Shown piece after piece: positions 39,150-51,755 of a DNA stretch of 64,000 nucleotides (positions within the stretch are counted from its first letter, which is position 1; each line of letters opens with the position of its first letter). The position numbers and the translations under genes were made by a program. The notes below the pieces were generated by a model. The model was not told where the DNA came from and searched no databases. It was given only the letters and a program-made list of their open reading frames with translations. This stretch comes from Camelus dromedarius (taxonomy: Eukaryota), in contig NC_087436.1 in the NCBI RefSeq assembly GCF_036321535.1, forward strand, positions 32,056,001 to 32,120,000, written 5' to 3'.

Positions 39150-39790
39150 TGGTATGTGTTCCAAACATTCATAGTCATTGTCCTTACAACGATCTTGTGA
39201 GGAATGAGCGCCATTGTACAGATGAGGAAACCAAACCACCAGGAGATTACATGAGTAACAGAACTGGTACAACTCAGCCACCGGCTGTCTGACCAGGCTG
39301 TCTGATTCCAATGCCACTGCTCTTAACAGCTCAAAATCAACACCCCCAATGCTCTAAGTTACTCTGCCTCCTAGTGTCTCTAAGAAATTATAACTCTAAG
39401 TAGTTAACAATTGAGTATAGTTGTCTAGAGTTTAAAATCTCCTAACCATACCATTAGCAAGTACATACATGCAGACCAACCAAGGTGGAATAATTTGATG
39501 GCTACAAGACCATTTGGTCACATCCATTACAGGCAACTTCACGAACTTCGGGGCTAATAACAGCAGCTCACATGTGTTGAGCACTTGCTGCTGCAAAGAA
39601 CTGTTCTAAGCACTTAAGTATTCTAACTCGATGAATCCTCCCAACCTTCCTCTGAGGTTCTCTCTTCATAATTGGGAAAACTGCAGCACAGAAATGTTTA
39701 GTGAGGGGTACATAGCTGGTAAACCGCTAGGCTGTGAAATATACCCAGATAATAAGGTTCTAGAACTAATACCTTAACTAACCTACTTTA
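39150..39790 (-). mobile_element. Two MIR fragments (about 39150-39330 and 39555-39790)
   Basis: ccattgtacagatgaggaaacc; ttgagcacttgct...ctgttctaagcact...aatcctc. Confidence 0.75.
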
Positions 39791-40859
39791 CTGTATATTC
39801 CAGTATTAATACAATGAGAGCCACACCAATGTACACAAAAGAGGGGGGCTTTGGAGAGGGGACCTGCTTTTCCTAAAGATCTTTCTAGCACCCTAGAGAA
39901 TTCATATTGTTTTGAACCATGGTTTCTGAAATGCTACAAAAACGGAGACCCATAAAATGCTGAACAACATGGAAGATGAAAGCTCTAAAATGGTATGGGC
40001 TTCTGTCATAAATAAAGTCCCCAAAAGAGTCCAGGTCTGCACTGTGCTTTCAGCTCAGGGCAAGGAGGATCTTTGTTAGGATTACTACAATCAAATTTAA
40101 AGCTGAAGCCAGGCTGGAGAAAAAAATTGAAAATAAACTCTCCTAAAGCTGTCAGCCTGGCTGTGGTCTCCAACTGTTTTAGTCACTAAAACTCCATATT
40201 TAATGGTCACTTTTATAACAAACGCTAAAGAAGTATAAAGCTCTAAATCAGAATTTGTTTCTAAAGAATGGAAAGAAATGTGTTGGAGTGCTAAGAAAGG
40301 CCACAGAGAGAGAGGGCCACTGTGCTGCCCTCCCTGCTGGTGATTCTGATGCCAGCACCAAGCAAGACCTCCAGTTTCAAGCTGTGACCCAACAACCTTC
40401 TCCTGCTTGAAGATGTGGAAGATGTTGAGCCCATGTCATTCCCAACATCTCCAGCAACAACAACTTCTGTCCATTCGGCCCAGACCCAGAGCTCTATATT
40501 CACGCTTCAGAATGGCCATCTTTCCCAGTCAGCATATATTTTACATGGTTTTATTGCCACAGGAAGTAAATACTGAGTGGCCCAAGTGAAAGTCTCCCAT
40601 AATCCCCATTAACAAAGTCCCAGAGCATTTATCTGCTAAACCCGGAGGATTTGGCTTGTCTCTATGTATGACATCTTTTAAAGTCTTCAGCTCAGAAGAA
40701 CATTCCAGGGATACTACTGGGTCTACTACTAATTTCAGAACCAAAAGACCAAATGCGGAGGCCATTTTTGTCCAGAAGATATTTTCTAATATTTATAAGG
40801 CAGTGTGAGCAAACTAAAGTCGAGTAAGTATAGTCCCAACAAATGAGCAAAACCCTTAA

Positions 40860-41128
40860 ATCTCAACTCCAGTGTTCCCTCCTCCTTGACTCTCCCAGGT
40901 CAAGTTAGTCTCTCCTTCTTCTCGGTTCCCATGACATTCTGTTTATACCTCAGTTACGGCACTGAACACTTTGTGTTCCAATTGTCCCTCTTACACCAGT
41001 CTCCCTTGCTATCTATACTACAGCTCCTGGAGAGCAAAGGCCAGTGCCCTATCATCTTAATGTTATCAGCACTTAGCAGAATTGGCAAGTAGGTACTCAG
41101 CAAATATTCGCTGAAGAAAAGAATGTGA
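40860..41128 (+). mobile_element. L2 3' end
   Basis: cagctcctggagagcaaagg...cagcacttagcaga...gtaggtactcagcaaatattcgctgaa. Confidence 0.75.
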
Positions 41129-42504
41129 TCTAAAATCAGGGGGAAAAGCCATCAGTTCAATTCAAAATGTCATATTAATTAACTAACTCTGTGGTACTGG
41201 GTCAATATTTTTGTGGCTTAATTTTCTGTCTTAGCCGAGCTCTGGTTCTAGTCCTCTTCAACTGTGATCCTTAAATCGGAAACTGGATTAGGTACCCTGA
41301 TGTAACAGATATATAAGCAATAGGTTTACAATAAATTAACATACCATTTACTGGATTTCTCAGAGCGAGATAATAACTAACTAGTGTGTGGATGCCTCCA
41401 TTTTCCATTAGCAAATTGGGTATAATGAATCTGAGACTGTGTCCTTTCTGCCTGCTTCACCTAGAGGGAGGTAAGCCTGGGTGGCCACTCACACACAATC
41501 CACAGGAAACTAAGAGTGGGATGGATCATTTATTCCCTGTCATTATCCCCTTACTCTGCACTAATACCTTCAGCATCACAATCCTACTTTCAAGTTACAG
41601 ATGTTATAAAGTCCCTTATCATGGGGCAAGAGAAGCTTCAGTAAAGGCAGGACCAGAAGAACCAAGCTCTGACCTCTGCCCCAACATGCCTGAGTGTATT
41701 CCTGAGGTAAAGCCACATTCCAAAGTTCTCTCCTCTTCTACTGCACATTAATCACCCTTCATTTCCTAGATGACAGAGAAGATTTATTAACATGTGAGAA
41801 CTCCCCAACCCACCTGCAAGCAGAAAAATTGTCTTTGTCAGCTTAGTTCATAAATCTATTATGATACAGAATCAGAGAATGAGTAGTGGGAAAGAAGTGT
41901 AGAGAGGAGTGAGAAAAAAAAGGGAGACCACTCGGATAAGCTTGGTCATTCTACATGCTAACAAGCGGGGAGGTGGGGTGTCAGAGGAGGTAAGTCTAGT
42001 TGTCAGTGGATATGTTGGAAGGTAGTGAGTGAAAGAGAATTAGAAAGGAAAAGAAGCAAGATTTTATGGTATGTGGCTGGCAGGTAAGAACAAGTTCCCC
42101 TTTAATGTCCTATGAGAGACCCAAGTAAAGATCGAAATCACTTTAAAATTACTTTTGGTCTAGAGTGGGCTTATTCATAGGGAATTCCATGCAGAGACTG
42201 GACCATTTGGGCTCTCACCTTGATTTCAGAGTTGTGTCTACTACTACCTAATCCAGTAATATCTTTCCAGTTTGGGAAACTTGTCTATGGTAAAAATCAC
42301 TTTCCACACCATTTCTAATATAATCCATGAGGGACCAACTTGGATCCACAAAGAATAGTTCAACTTGTTTACAAGTAAACAAAACTTTTACGTTATGTAC
42401 CTACTATTGGCCAGGCATTGTGAAAACTGCTTTAAATGTGTTTATCCCTTTCTCTAGTAATAAATTTTTTTATCGTGTCTCATTTCAGAAAGGCTTAACA
42501 AGCA

Positions 42505-42620
42505 GCTTAGAGTATATATGTGTTGGGGGGGAGGGCTATGTGGGAACTCTGTATTTTCTGCTCAATTCTGCTATAAATCTGAAACAGCTCTTAAAAAATA
42601 AAGTCTATTTAAAAAAAAAG
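42505..42620 (+). mobile_element. L1M 3' terminal fragment
   Basis: tatgtgggaactctgtattttctgctcaattctgctataaatctgaaacagctcttaaaaaataaagtctattt plus A tail. Confidence 0.85.
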
Positions 42621-42982
42621 CAGCTTAGAGGAGTACTTAAAACACAATAACATAAATGAAAATTGAGAGCAAATTTGAAAAAAAATGACAAGTGTCTAAA
42701 TGGAGCCAGGCATGAAGCCAAAACTGCACACACACATAATGATGTGTCCACACTTGATAGTGATGGACCAGACATTTGGCTCTAAGCTTTCTAGCAGCTA
42801 GTTCAAAGAAGGGAAAACAGTGAGTTATACAAATCACCAAATCCATAAGATTAAAGCACAGCACGAGAAGTGAAATTGTTCTTGGTGTTAAGACCAAATA
42901 AGAATTTCTCCAATAGAGAGGAATACTGCATGATGGACAAAACTACTTCCTCATCTACAACATCCCTAAAATAGAATTTCAA

Positions 42983-44418
42983 GACCAATGGAACAGAATA
43001 GAGAGCCCAGAAATGAACCCACAAACTTTTGGTCAACTAATCTTCAACAAAGGAGGCAAGAATATACAATGGAATAAAGACAGTCTCTTCAGCAAATGGT
43101 GTTGGGAAAACTGGACAGCAGCATGTACAGCAATGAAGCTAGAACACTCCCTTACACCATACACAAAAAAAACTCAAAATGGGTCAAAGACTTAAACATA
43201 AGACAAGATACAATAAACCTCCTAGAAGAAAATATAGGCAAAACATTATCTGACATACATCTCAAAAATGTTCTCCTAGAACAGTCTACTCAAGTAATAG
43301 AAATAAAAGCAAGAATAAACAAATGGAACCTAATGAAACTTACAAGCTTCTGCACAGCAAAGGAAACCAGAAGTAAAACAAAGCAACAACCTACGGAATG
43401 GGAGAAAAATTTTGCAAATGAAACCGACAAAGGCTTGATCTCCAGAATATATAAGCAGTTCATACGACTTAATAAGAAAAAAACAAACAACCCAATCCAA
43501 AAATGGGCAAAAGACCTAAACAAGCAATTCTCCAAGGAAGATATACAAATGATCAATAGACACATGAAAAAATGCTCAATATCACTAATTATCAGAGAAA
43601 TGCAAATCAAAACTACAATGAGGTATCACCTCACATCAGTCAGAATGGCCATCATTCAAAAGTCCACAAATGACAAATGCTGGAGAGTCTGTGGAGAAAA
43701 AGGAACACTCCTACACTGCTGGTGGGAATGCAGTTTGGTGCAGCCACTGTGGAAAACAGTATGGAGATTCCTCAAAAGACTAGAAATAGGCTTACCGTAT
43801 GACCCAGGAATCCCACTCCTGGGCATATATCCAGAAGGAACCCTACTTCAGGGTGACACCTGCACACCAATGTTCATAGCAGCACTATTTACAAATAGCC
43901 AAGACATGGAGACAGCCTAAATGTCCATTAATGGATGACTGGATAAAGAAGAGGTGGTATATTTATGCAATGGAATACTACTCAGACATAAAAACTAACA
44001 ACATAATGCCACTTGCAGCAACATGGATGCTCCTGGAGACTGTCATTCTAAGTGAAGTAAGCCAGAAAGAGAAAGAAAAATACCATATGAGATTGCTCAT
44101 ATGTGGAATCTAAAAAAAAAACAAAAAAACAAAGCATAAATACAAAACAGAAATAGACTCATAGACATAGAATACAAACTTGTGGTTGCCAAGGGGGCGG
44201 GGGGTGGGAAGGAACAGACTGGGATTTCAAAATGTAGAACAGATAAACAAGATTATACTGTATCGCACAGGGAAATATACACAAGATCTTATGGTAGCTC
44301 ACAGAGAAAAAAATGTGACAATGAATATATACATGTTCATGTATAACTGAAAAATTGTGCTCTACACTGGAATTTGACACATTATAAAACGATTATATAT
44401 CAATAAAAAATTTTAAAA
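42983..44418 (+). mobile_element. 5'-truncated younger LINE-1 with frameshifted ORF2 C-terminal part and 3'UTR
   Basis: ORF pieces 43013-43195, 43096-43920 and 43931-44113 match L1 ORF2 ([44 protein letters not shown]; cysteine-rich [18 protein letters not shown]). TSD taaaatagaatttcaa (42967-42982) / taaaatacaatttcaa (44419-44434), 15/16 identical. Confidence 0.97.
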
Positions 44419-44547
44419 TAAAATACAATTTCAAATACAAGTTTCAAACTCTGCTTCTTATAGTGATATCTGAATATAAGTTGATGACTTTATCACTATT
44501 TAAATGCAGTCTACCCAGAGCAGGGTTATTTCATAACTCTGCGAAAT

Positions 44548-44993
44548 TTTTGGGAAAGAAGAAAACTTTCCTCTTCCCTACTAGGGTCTTCTGGCTGGTC
44601 TAATAATTAAATTGACATGAGACAGATTAATAGGAGAAAATCAAATTTAAATTTGTACACACAGGAACCCCATGTATGTGAGAGAGTCTGAGACTCCACA
44701 TACATGAGAGGTTCAAAGATGGAAAGGAAAAATGAGGTACAGGTGCCATTCTGAGCTAAAGAATGGGATAGAGGCCTGAAGCTTGGTAATTAGATATTTG
44801 TCCTGGCTATAGATAAAATTTATCCCTAGTAATAACAACTGTTTTCTGAGAAAAATCCTGATTTTAATTATTCTAGGTAGTTAAGAGAGAGGCAGCAGTT
44901 TCTCTTGAACCCACAGGTCTCAATTACCTTTAACTCAAAATAATCCTCATGCAAAAGGGCACATCTGGGGGAGGCTTGTTTTGAATCCTTACA
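44548..44993 (-). mobile_element. ERV-type solo LTR inserted in a MIR
   Basis: aattgacatgagacagattaataggagaaaa...ctcaaaataatcctcatgcaaaagggcacat...tccttaca. MIR resumes at about 44995-45150 (gtagataaggaaattaagactcaaagagg). Confidence 0.75.
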
Positions 44994-45224
44994 AAGTCAA
45001 GATTATTCTCCAGCCTTGTAGATAAGGAAATTAAGACTCAAAGAGGTTAACTGATTTGTCCACGAACACACTGAATGAGGGCACACTCAGGTTTGGGGGT
45101 TTGTACAGGGCCATCTGACTCCAAGGCCCAAGCTCTTTCTACTACCTATACTACTGTAGCAATGCCAAACCACATACCAGAAGGACTCCTCTTTACTGAA
45201 GGTTATTCTCCTCCATAACAGTAC

Positions 45225-45445
45225 ATAGGAAGTATGATCATTTTTACATCATCATTACTATTATCTTTGTCAACTTGATGTATGAAAGTAATATCTCATT
45301 TAAATATTTCTTTAATAATAGTGAGGTTGAACATTTTTAAAAATGTATAAAATTGGTTTTTTATTGATGTTTAATTGCTTATTTTATATTAAGAAAGTTA
45401 ATCATTTTCCCATTGTGTATTTTTCAAATAAATTTTTCCAGTTAA
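45225..45445 (-). mobile_element. L1M fragment
   Basis: atatctcattt...tttctttaataatagtgaggttgaacattttt (reverse-strand L1 ORF2 remnant). Confidence 0.7.
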
Positions 45446-45981
45446 AAAGAAGTTATTCTCTTCCAATGTCATCATGATACATGTTTATTTCCTTCTCAAA
45501 AACATAGAAAACAGATTTTCTCAGGAGGCCATGTTACAAGCCTCTATTGTAAGAGAAAGGCTCTCATCAACTCTCGGGTGATCTCTATTCCAGCATCAGT
45601 GTGTATTTAAGTATCTGCTCAAGTGTAACTGAAGTAAGTGGCATCCATCAACGATGGCCCTGAATACCAGCCTTCAGAAGAAGCTGACTCCTGAGAGTGG
45701 TGACCAAGATCTTGTTATGTTGCAGGTGTCTTGGCAGGTGTCCTCCCAGGACCAACAGGTGAAGGCATCTCTGGGAACATCTCCCTCTCCGATAGGGTGG
45801 GATGATAGGAAGAGATGCTCATAAGAAGAGGAACAGGAAGAGGAGGGTATGAAGGAGTCCTGGTCACATTGAAGGAATTCAGTGGCAGGCTCAGGAAGCA
45901 GGAAATGTTTGCCCAGACTCAAGCAGCTGAGGACCCACAGGCCCAAAAGTCCAGAGAAGCAAGATGAAACAGTTATATACA

Positions 45982-46069
45982 CAGAGGAGAGTATATATAG
46001 CTCAATGGCAGAGTGCATGCTTTGCATGCATGAAGTCCTTGGTTCAATTCCCAATCCTTTCATTAAAAA
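45982..46069 (+). mobile_element. Short tRNA-Ala-derived SINE (Vic-1-like, camelid type)
   Basis: tagctcaatggcagagtgcatgctttgcatgcatgaagtccttggttcaattccc has Pol III A box, TGC anticodon arm and B box, then an A tail. TSD aaacagttatataca (45967-45981) / aaatagttatgtaca (46070-46084), 13/15 identical. Confidence 0.85.
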
Positions 46070-46129
46070 AAATAGTTATGTACAGGGCAGGAACAACTGG
46101 ATAGCAGTCCTCAAATCAGAATAACACAA

Positions 46130-46390
46130 GAGCTTTCGGACCCACATTCCCAGCCCTACCCCAGACTACTGAATGAGAATCCTGACCGCAGGTGATTCTG
46201 ATGGGCAGAAAAGTTGAAAACCTTTGAGCTAACACTCGAAGTAAAGATCAGTTTTTTTTAACTCTCAAATATTTATTAAGGGCCTTGTATGTGCCAGAAT
46301 TTTAGCCAGTCACAGGAAAGAGGGATTAGCAAAAAGATAAGACCTGATTCTCAGAGCTTACAGTTCAGTGAGGGAAACAGACATTAGATA
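46130..46390. mobile_element. MER5-like fragment followed by L2 3' fragment
   Basis: ccccagactactgaatgagaatc...caggtgattctgatg; caaatatttattaag...tatgtgccag...ctcagagcttacagttcagtgaggga. Confidence 0.65.
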
Positions 46391-48124
46391 AAGAAATACT
46401 TCCAAACCTACACCTTTCTCTCCCCACTAGAATCAAGTCTGTCAGCCCACAATTCAATATACTGAACTTCCCAGGACCCAGTAAACTCGGTCTAACAGGT
46501 ATGAGGAGATGTATTTCAAAAAGGCATAACAGGAAAGAAAGAAAGCACCCTCTTGTGGCCCTGTAGGTGGTGGCACCTGCAAGAACCCCCAGTTCTAAGA
46601 GGTAGGAGGTTGCCCTGGGCAATCCACCCTAGGGAGGCAGCCCTAAAGCAGACAGGAGTGTCAGCAGGCCTGGTTTTGCTTCAGTCATAAATCTCTCTTT
46701 AAATGTCAAATCAGCCACTTCGTGAGAAGACATTTTCCCTTGTGTCCATTACTAAGCAGTTTTACTTCTGGCCACCTGGGCTCTCTGGTGTGGAGTCAAG
46801 TGACACATTCTACAGTCAAGGCATCAATCCCACTCCATTTCCACTCTCCCCACAGCTCTGACACACAGCAGGGCCTGGAACAGGGAGGCATTCAATACAT
46901 TTTCAGTGAATAAATAAATGAAGGGCACTATCCCATCCAGCCCCACACTGCCTGCTTTGTGGGATCTTGGGAAGGCTGGACAAAAAATCACAGTGGTTGA
47001 GCCCTTGAATTCTCTGAAAATAAATTACTTCTTAAAATGTAAAATACAATCTATGTCCCTCCTAAGAGTCTCTATGAAAAGGATAATATTCACAGGGGAT
47101 AAACTTTGTGCTTGGAGCTAAGCCTGGTACGGCTTAATTTGCAGTAGAGTAACATGTAAATTTATGATAATAAATTATATTATTTAAATGAAATTATAAA
47201 AATAAGAGTCGCTCACTTATATTCAACTTTCATGAATGCCTACACTAAAGAACACGGAGGTCTGATTTGTATTCAGTCCTGAATACCAGCGTGAACCACA
47301 AGAGCCCAGGGACTGCTGGTTTCAAGTATGTAGACTGGAAGCCCAGTCAAACACCAGCACGGTATATTTAGCATTTCCAGCACGTCTCCGCTCAAGAAGC
47401 TGTGAGGAAATCAGCTCAGTACGGGCTCTGGGTTATGAGACGGTGCCAACAAAATCACTCAACACCATTTCTCAGAGGTCACCAGGAAAGAAGGCCAGAA
47501 CAAGGAGGAGGAAAGGAGTACATTAGAAGGTGCAATTAAAGAATTAGAAGGACAAAGAGAGAGAAAAGCCCAGAATGAAAAAAAATTTTTTCAAAGAATT
47601 ACTTGTTACAGTATTTAATCCACAGAATCTGAAAGTAAACAAACCAGTCAGTAGCCTCTGAAGGAGGGAAGTGATTTTGAGACATGTTGATGATGCCTCT
47701 AACTGTGAAGCTTGTGAAATACTTTACTGATTTAAAGAAATACCAGAGGTTGAGAACTACTTCTGGCCAGAGTTCATCCGAGTTGAAGAGACCACAGCAC
47801 ACAGGGGAAGAGATGGTTGGCTAAATAGTCCATCACTGCACTGCCATAGTCCCTCACTGGATCCGACTTCTGAAGCTGAGAGTCTCCTCTGTCCACCACA
47901 TCCAGCTGTGTTCAAGGCATCAGCTTTAACAGCTGCACCTGTGGGATGTTTGCAAAGGAGCTAACACTGACCAAAGAAACAGCTTCGGTCACCTCCAGAT
48001 AAGTCACATCAAATCCTCAATATTCACACTTTTGAAACACTGACACTGCAGTTTGCTACATGCAGTAATCCTACATTACTCCCAACCACCATCCTCACAA
48101 AATAGATGGGAGGAATGGTCCAAA

Positions 48125-48335
48125 ATATCAGCTTGGGAGTCAGAGACTCAAGGGTTTGAACTCTGGGTTTGTCAGTTAGTAGCTGTGCAAACTGGGCAAG
48201 TTTACTGATCTCTCTGAGCTTTCATTTCAAAATGCAGATTATAATAGTATCTACCTCATGGGATTATAGTAAGAATCAAATGACATGACATATGTAAATC
48301 TCTTAGCAAATACCTGAATATAATTTTTCAATAAT
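48125..48335 (+). mobile_element. MIR SINE
   Basis: ggagtcagagac...agctgtgcaaactgggcaag...ataatagtatctacctcatgggatt. Confidence 0.85.
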
Positions 48336-49559
48336 ATTTTTAAATTTCGTACCTGAGTCCAAAGATATCAAATGACTTCCCTGAGGTGACACAGAGGTAA
48401 CCCAGCACCATTTGCTCTTCATTATCATGAATGGGTTTCAATTACTACTCGTATTACATATTATTTATTCCTTCATCCAGTCTATTAGTAAATGCGTTAA
48501 ATTTTAAAAGAGCCTTGTTTCATCCCTCCTAAACATCTCAGCCCCCTTTGGAGAATCAGTTATTAATCATTATTTTCCATTCATAAACATTCAGTTAGGC
48601 TTACATCCAAATGTCAAGTGTTTAGACCTGTAAACGCGAAATAATTTTGCCAGGAAGATTTCATAAGTTTCCTCAGAAAATGTTTCAATCAACTGCATTT
48701 GCCAGATGCGATCTTAATCCTTAAAATAGTAATTAATTTTTGCTAGTGTTGTTTTGGTTTTCTCTTTAATCAAAATTAAAATATCCTTGAGGACAGGATT
48801 GTGGCTTCCAATTCCTTCATATCCTACCCAATATTTGGCAGAGTATTAAGCCTAAGTTGATGTTTGATATCTGTCTGATCAGGTACATCCTTGGTCTCCC
48901 TGAACACAGCTATGATAATCTCTAGTTCAGGAAAAGAAACAAACTGCTTTATTGGATCTGAAACAACTATTTGTTGCTTCTCAAACTGAAGACTAAGACT
49001 GTAAAGTCATAAGAAATTTTAAGAAAGTTATTTAAATAAAAGCAACCACTTTGAGGCCACTTGGCAACTTCAGACTACACAGAGAGATTAAACCAGCCAG
49101 AAGGAGAGAACCTTCATATTGTTAAAAATTTAGAGTAATAAAAACCATACAATCTCAACTTCATCAGCCTGTGGGAACACATGAGATATCATTGACGAGA
49201 GAACCTCCCCTCCTCCTCATGGATTTGAATAGTGAAGGACCTCAACCACCACCATTCCCCAGCCTTTCTAGTTACATGGTAGTTGCCACTTGTGTGATCG
49301 TGGACAGTCCTCCTATGACCTTTAGTCTGCCCACCCTTCACATTAGACATTAAGCCACAGAATACAGCCCCTTGCCAGTCTATGGAAATCTTTGCCTAGG
49401 ATTCTGTGCTTAATGTTCACAAATCTATAAGCCCACCAGACACCAGAACAGTACCATGTTCCCTTCAGGTCTCTCTTGACCACAGCTCACAGTGATCCTC
49501 ACAGTGCAGGAGAGAATGCTGCAGTTCTAGGTGTCCTCACTTATCAAGTCCTTACATTT

Positions 49560-49810
49560 CATAATAGTGTGACTAGACACATGTGCTTCAGCGTCAGACT
49601 ACCTAGGAGGGAATCCTAGCTGTAATATTTCATTCTGTGAACTCAGGTAAACTACTCAATCTGTCTGAGCCTCAGTTTCCTTATCTATAAAATATGGATA
49701 ATACTGTTAACTCAAAGGCTTATTATGAAGAGTGAATGAGATAACACTGTAAAGCAGCCAGTATAGTATCTGGCACATAGTAAACACTCAGTAAATGTCT
49801 GCTGTTGTTC
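49560..49810 (+). mobile_element. MIR SINE, near full length
   Basis: tctgagcctcagtttccttatctataaaatatggataata...tggcacatagtaaacactcagtaaatg. Confidence 0.9.
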
Positions 49811-50959
49811 TATCCTGAGAATGAATAACTGGAGAATTTAATGACTAGCTGCCATATCCAACAAGGAAACTCTAAAAGTAAATCCTTTTTTTTTGCCAGG
49901 CATTATTCTAGGCCATATCACATAGCTTAATATTCACAACAACCACTACAGTAAATGTTCTCACTATTTTCATAGGCTCATAGAAGTTATTTACCCAAAG
50001 TTCATCTGTCTACATAAAAGAATAATCAGTAGCTGTCCAAAGCTCTTGTTTCATCCATGTGCCTCTCATGCTTCAGAAGATTTAAGAGCTTTTTATTGGT
50101 GCCATAATCACACTGAAATCAGCAACACAATCATAGATTTAATCTGCAGTCTAGAAAGTTGCCTGACTCCTGCCTGTTTCAGCCTCTGTCCATAGTTCAT
50201 AAGGACACAGCCAACTACACAACTGCTGGATTATCACCTTTGAAGTTTTATTTATTCTGAAGTCAGCAAGGATGTGTTTTTATAAAAGTAATCAGACATG
50301 ACCCTCAGGCACTGATGACCTCCCAGCAAAAGCCCAGCAGTTGCTTTATCTCAAAGACTTTGGACCCATGGCTCTTCCAAGCCTCTTTGCAGGGAAAGGC
50401 TCTAAATCAGTTAATCATTTCTGAGACACTGACTTCCTGAACTGGGGTCAGAGGCCTCCTTGTTAGGAAGAGAGAGGGAAGGGCCTGGGACGAGGTCCCA
50501 GCCTCTGATGTGGAATACTCACTAGGGCTGGGAATGTGGAGAATTCAGGCCCATCACTCAACTCTACCTACTCTGTGTTTAATTACACCCTCCTCTGTGC
50601 CACCTTTTGAGTCCTCACCCATTAGGAGGTGCCATCTTCTATACTTCAGGAGGCTAAATCCTAGCAGGACCTTTCCTAAATCCTTACACATCTCTCCATA
50701 GAAAGGCACATTGGAGGGGTGCTCTGAGAGACTCCTTAAGAATCTTAGTTTCCAATTTCGATATTCTCTTAAGGGCAAGTTACAAATTTTTTACCCATTC
50801 TCATTTCTGAAGTCAAAATGCATCATACAACAGATACATACATTTCATGTAAAAGTATCTCCTTTTTTTTCCCCAAACATTGTTATTACTCTGATGATGT
50901 GCTGATATTTTCAAACTGCCTAGAATTCAGTAAGAGCCAAATAAAGACAGTATCTTCCT

Positions 50960-51210
50960 CTGAGTTCCCTTGATATTTTGTATGTTCCTCTATTATTTTT
51001 TATAATCATTTGTTTTCATATCCATCTCCCCTCTTAGTCTGTAAATGCCTTAAAACCATTTGTTTTCCTGTCTCTCCTACCAGCCTGTAAATGTCTTAAG
51101 GGATGGAACTTGGTTTTGTTGATCTTTGTATCCTCAGCAAAATGCTCAGTTCCTGAAATATAATAGGTGATAAATATTTGTATGGCTAGATAGATGGACA
51201 GGTAGATAGA
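50960..51210 (+). mobile_element. L2 3' end with internal tandem duplication
   Basis: catttgttttc...ctgtaaatgYcttaa occurs twice (about 51007-51052 and 51057-51099), followed by tctttgtatcctcagca...aataggtgataaatatttg. Confidence 0.65.
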
Positions 51211-51554
51211 ATCCTCACAGACTTTGTGAAGCAGTTAGGTGTTTGAGCAAATCTAATTTGAATTTCCCTCTTTTGTGATGTCACCTTTTTACTGGATGAC
51301 AAATTGAGAGACTAGAGATGACAAGACCAACAACCAACTTCCCCTATTTCTTTTCCCCTCTTGTGGGTGGTTCTCCCAGCCATTTAAAGGGCAGAAAAAG
51401 AATCTCAGGCTTCTCCATCTAACCATTTTCTTTACAGATAAGCATATGTCTTCAAAAGGATATGTTTAGTCAGTTTCAAGTATAGGGGCTTTTTAAGTAC
51501 TATCTCATTTCCCTCTTGGAGAGTTCAACCTTGCAGACGTTGTAATATTAATAT

Positions 51555-51755
51555 TAACAATAGTAAAAATAGCTGTCATTTATTGAGAGGTGCTCCAAGC
51601 AAGGCACTGTTATGGCTTTACATATACTGTCTCACTTTATCCTCATGATAGCCCTATGAGGCTCAAACAGGTTAAGTAGCCTGACCAAGATGACACAACC
51701 AGAAATGGCAGAGCCAGAATTTGACCTCAGACAATCTACATTCAGAGCACTATTT
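51555..51755 (-). mobile_element. MIR SINE
   Basis: catttattgag...aggcactgtt...gaggctcaaacaggttaagtagcctgaccaagatgacacaac...ggcagagccagaatttga. Confidence 0.85.

Noticed and set aside
40385..40577. Protein-looking stop-free stretch (LLLLEDVEDVEPMSFPTSP...)
   Set aside because: No convincing flanking splice sites and no recognised homology; compatible with chance.
43096..43920. 274-aa ORF, the longest in the window
   Set aside because: It is a frameshifted fragment of L1 ORF2 in a 5'-truncated copy, not a host gene.
45995..46062. tRNA-Ala(TGC) gene
   Set aside because: The acceptor stem is imperfect, and the A tail and TSD indicate a retroposed SINE copy.
46555..46578. CTCF-like site (also near 6657-6673)
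   Set aside because: Several mismatches to the core consensus.
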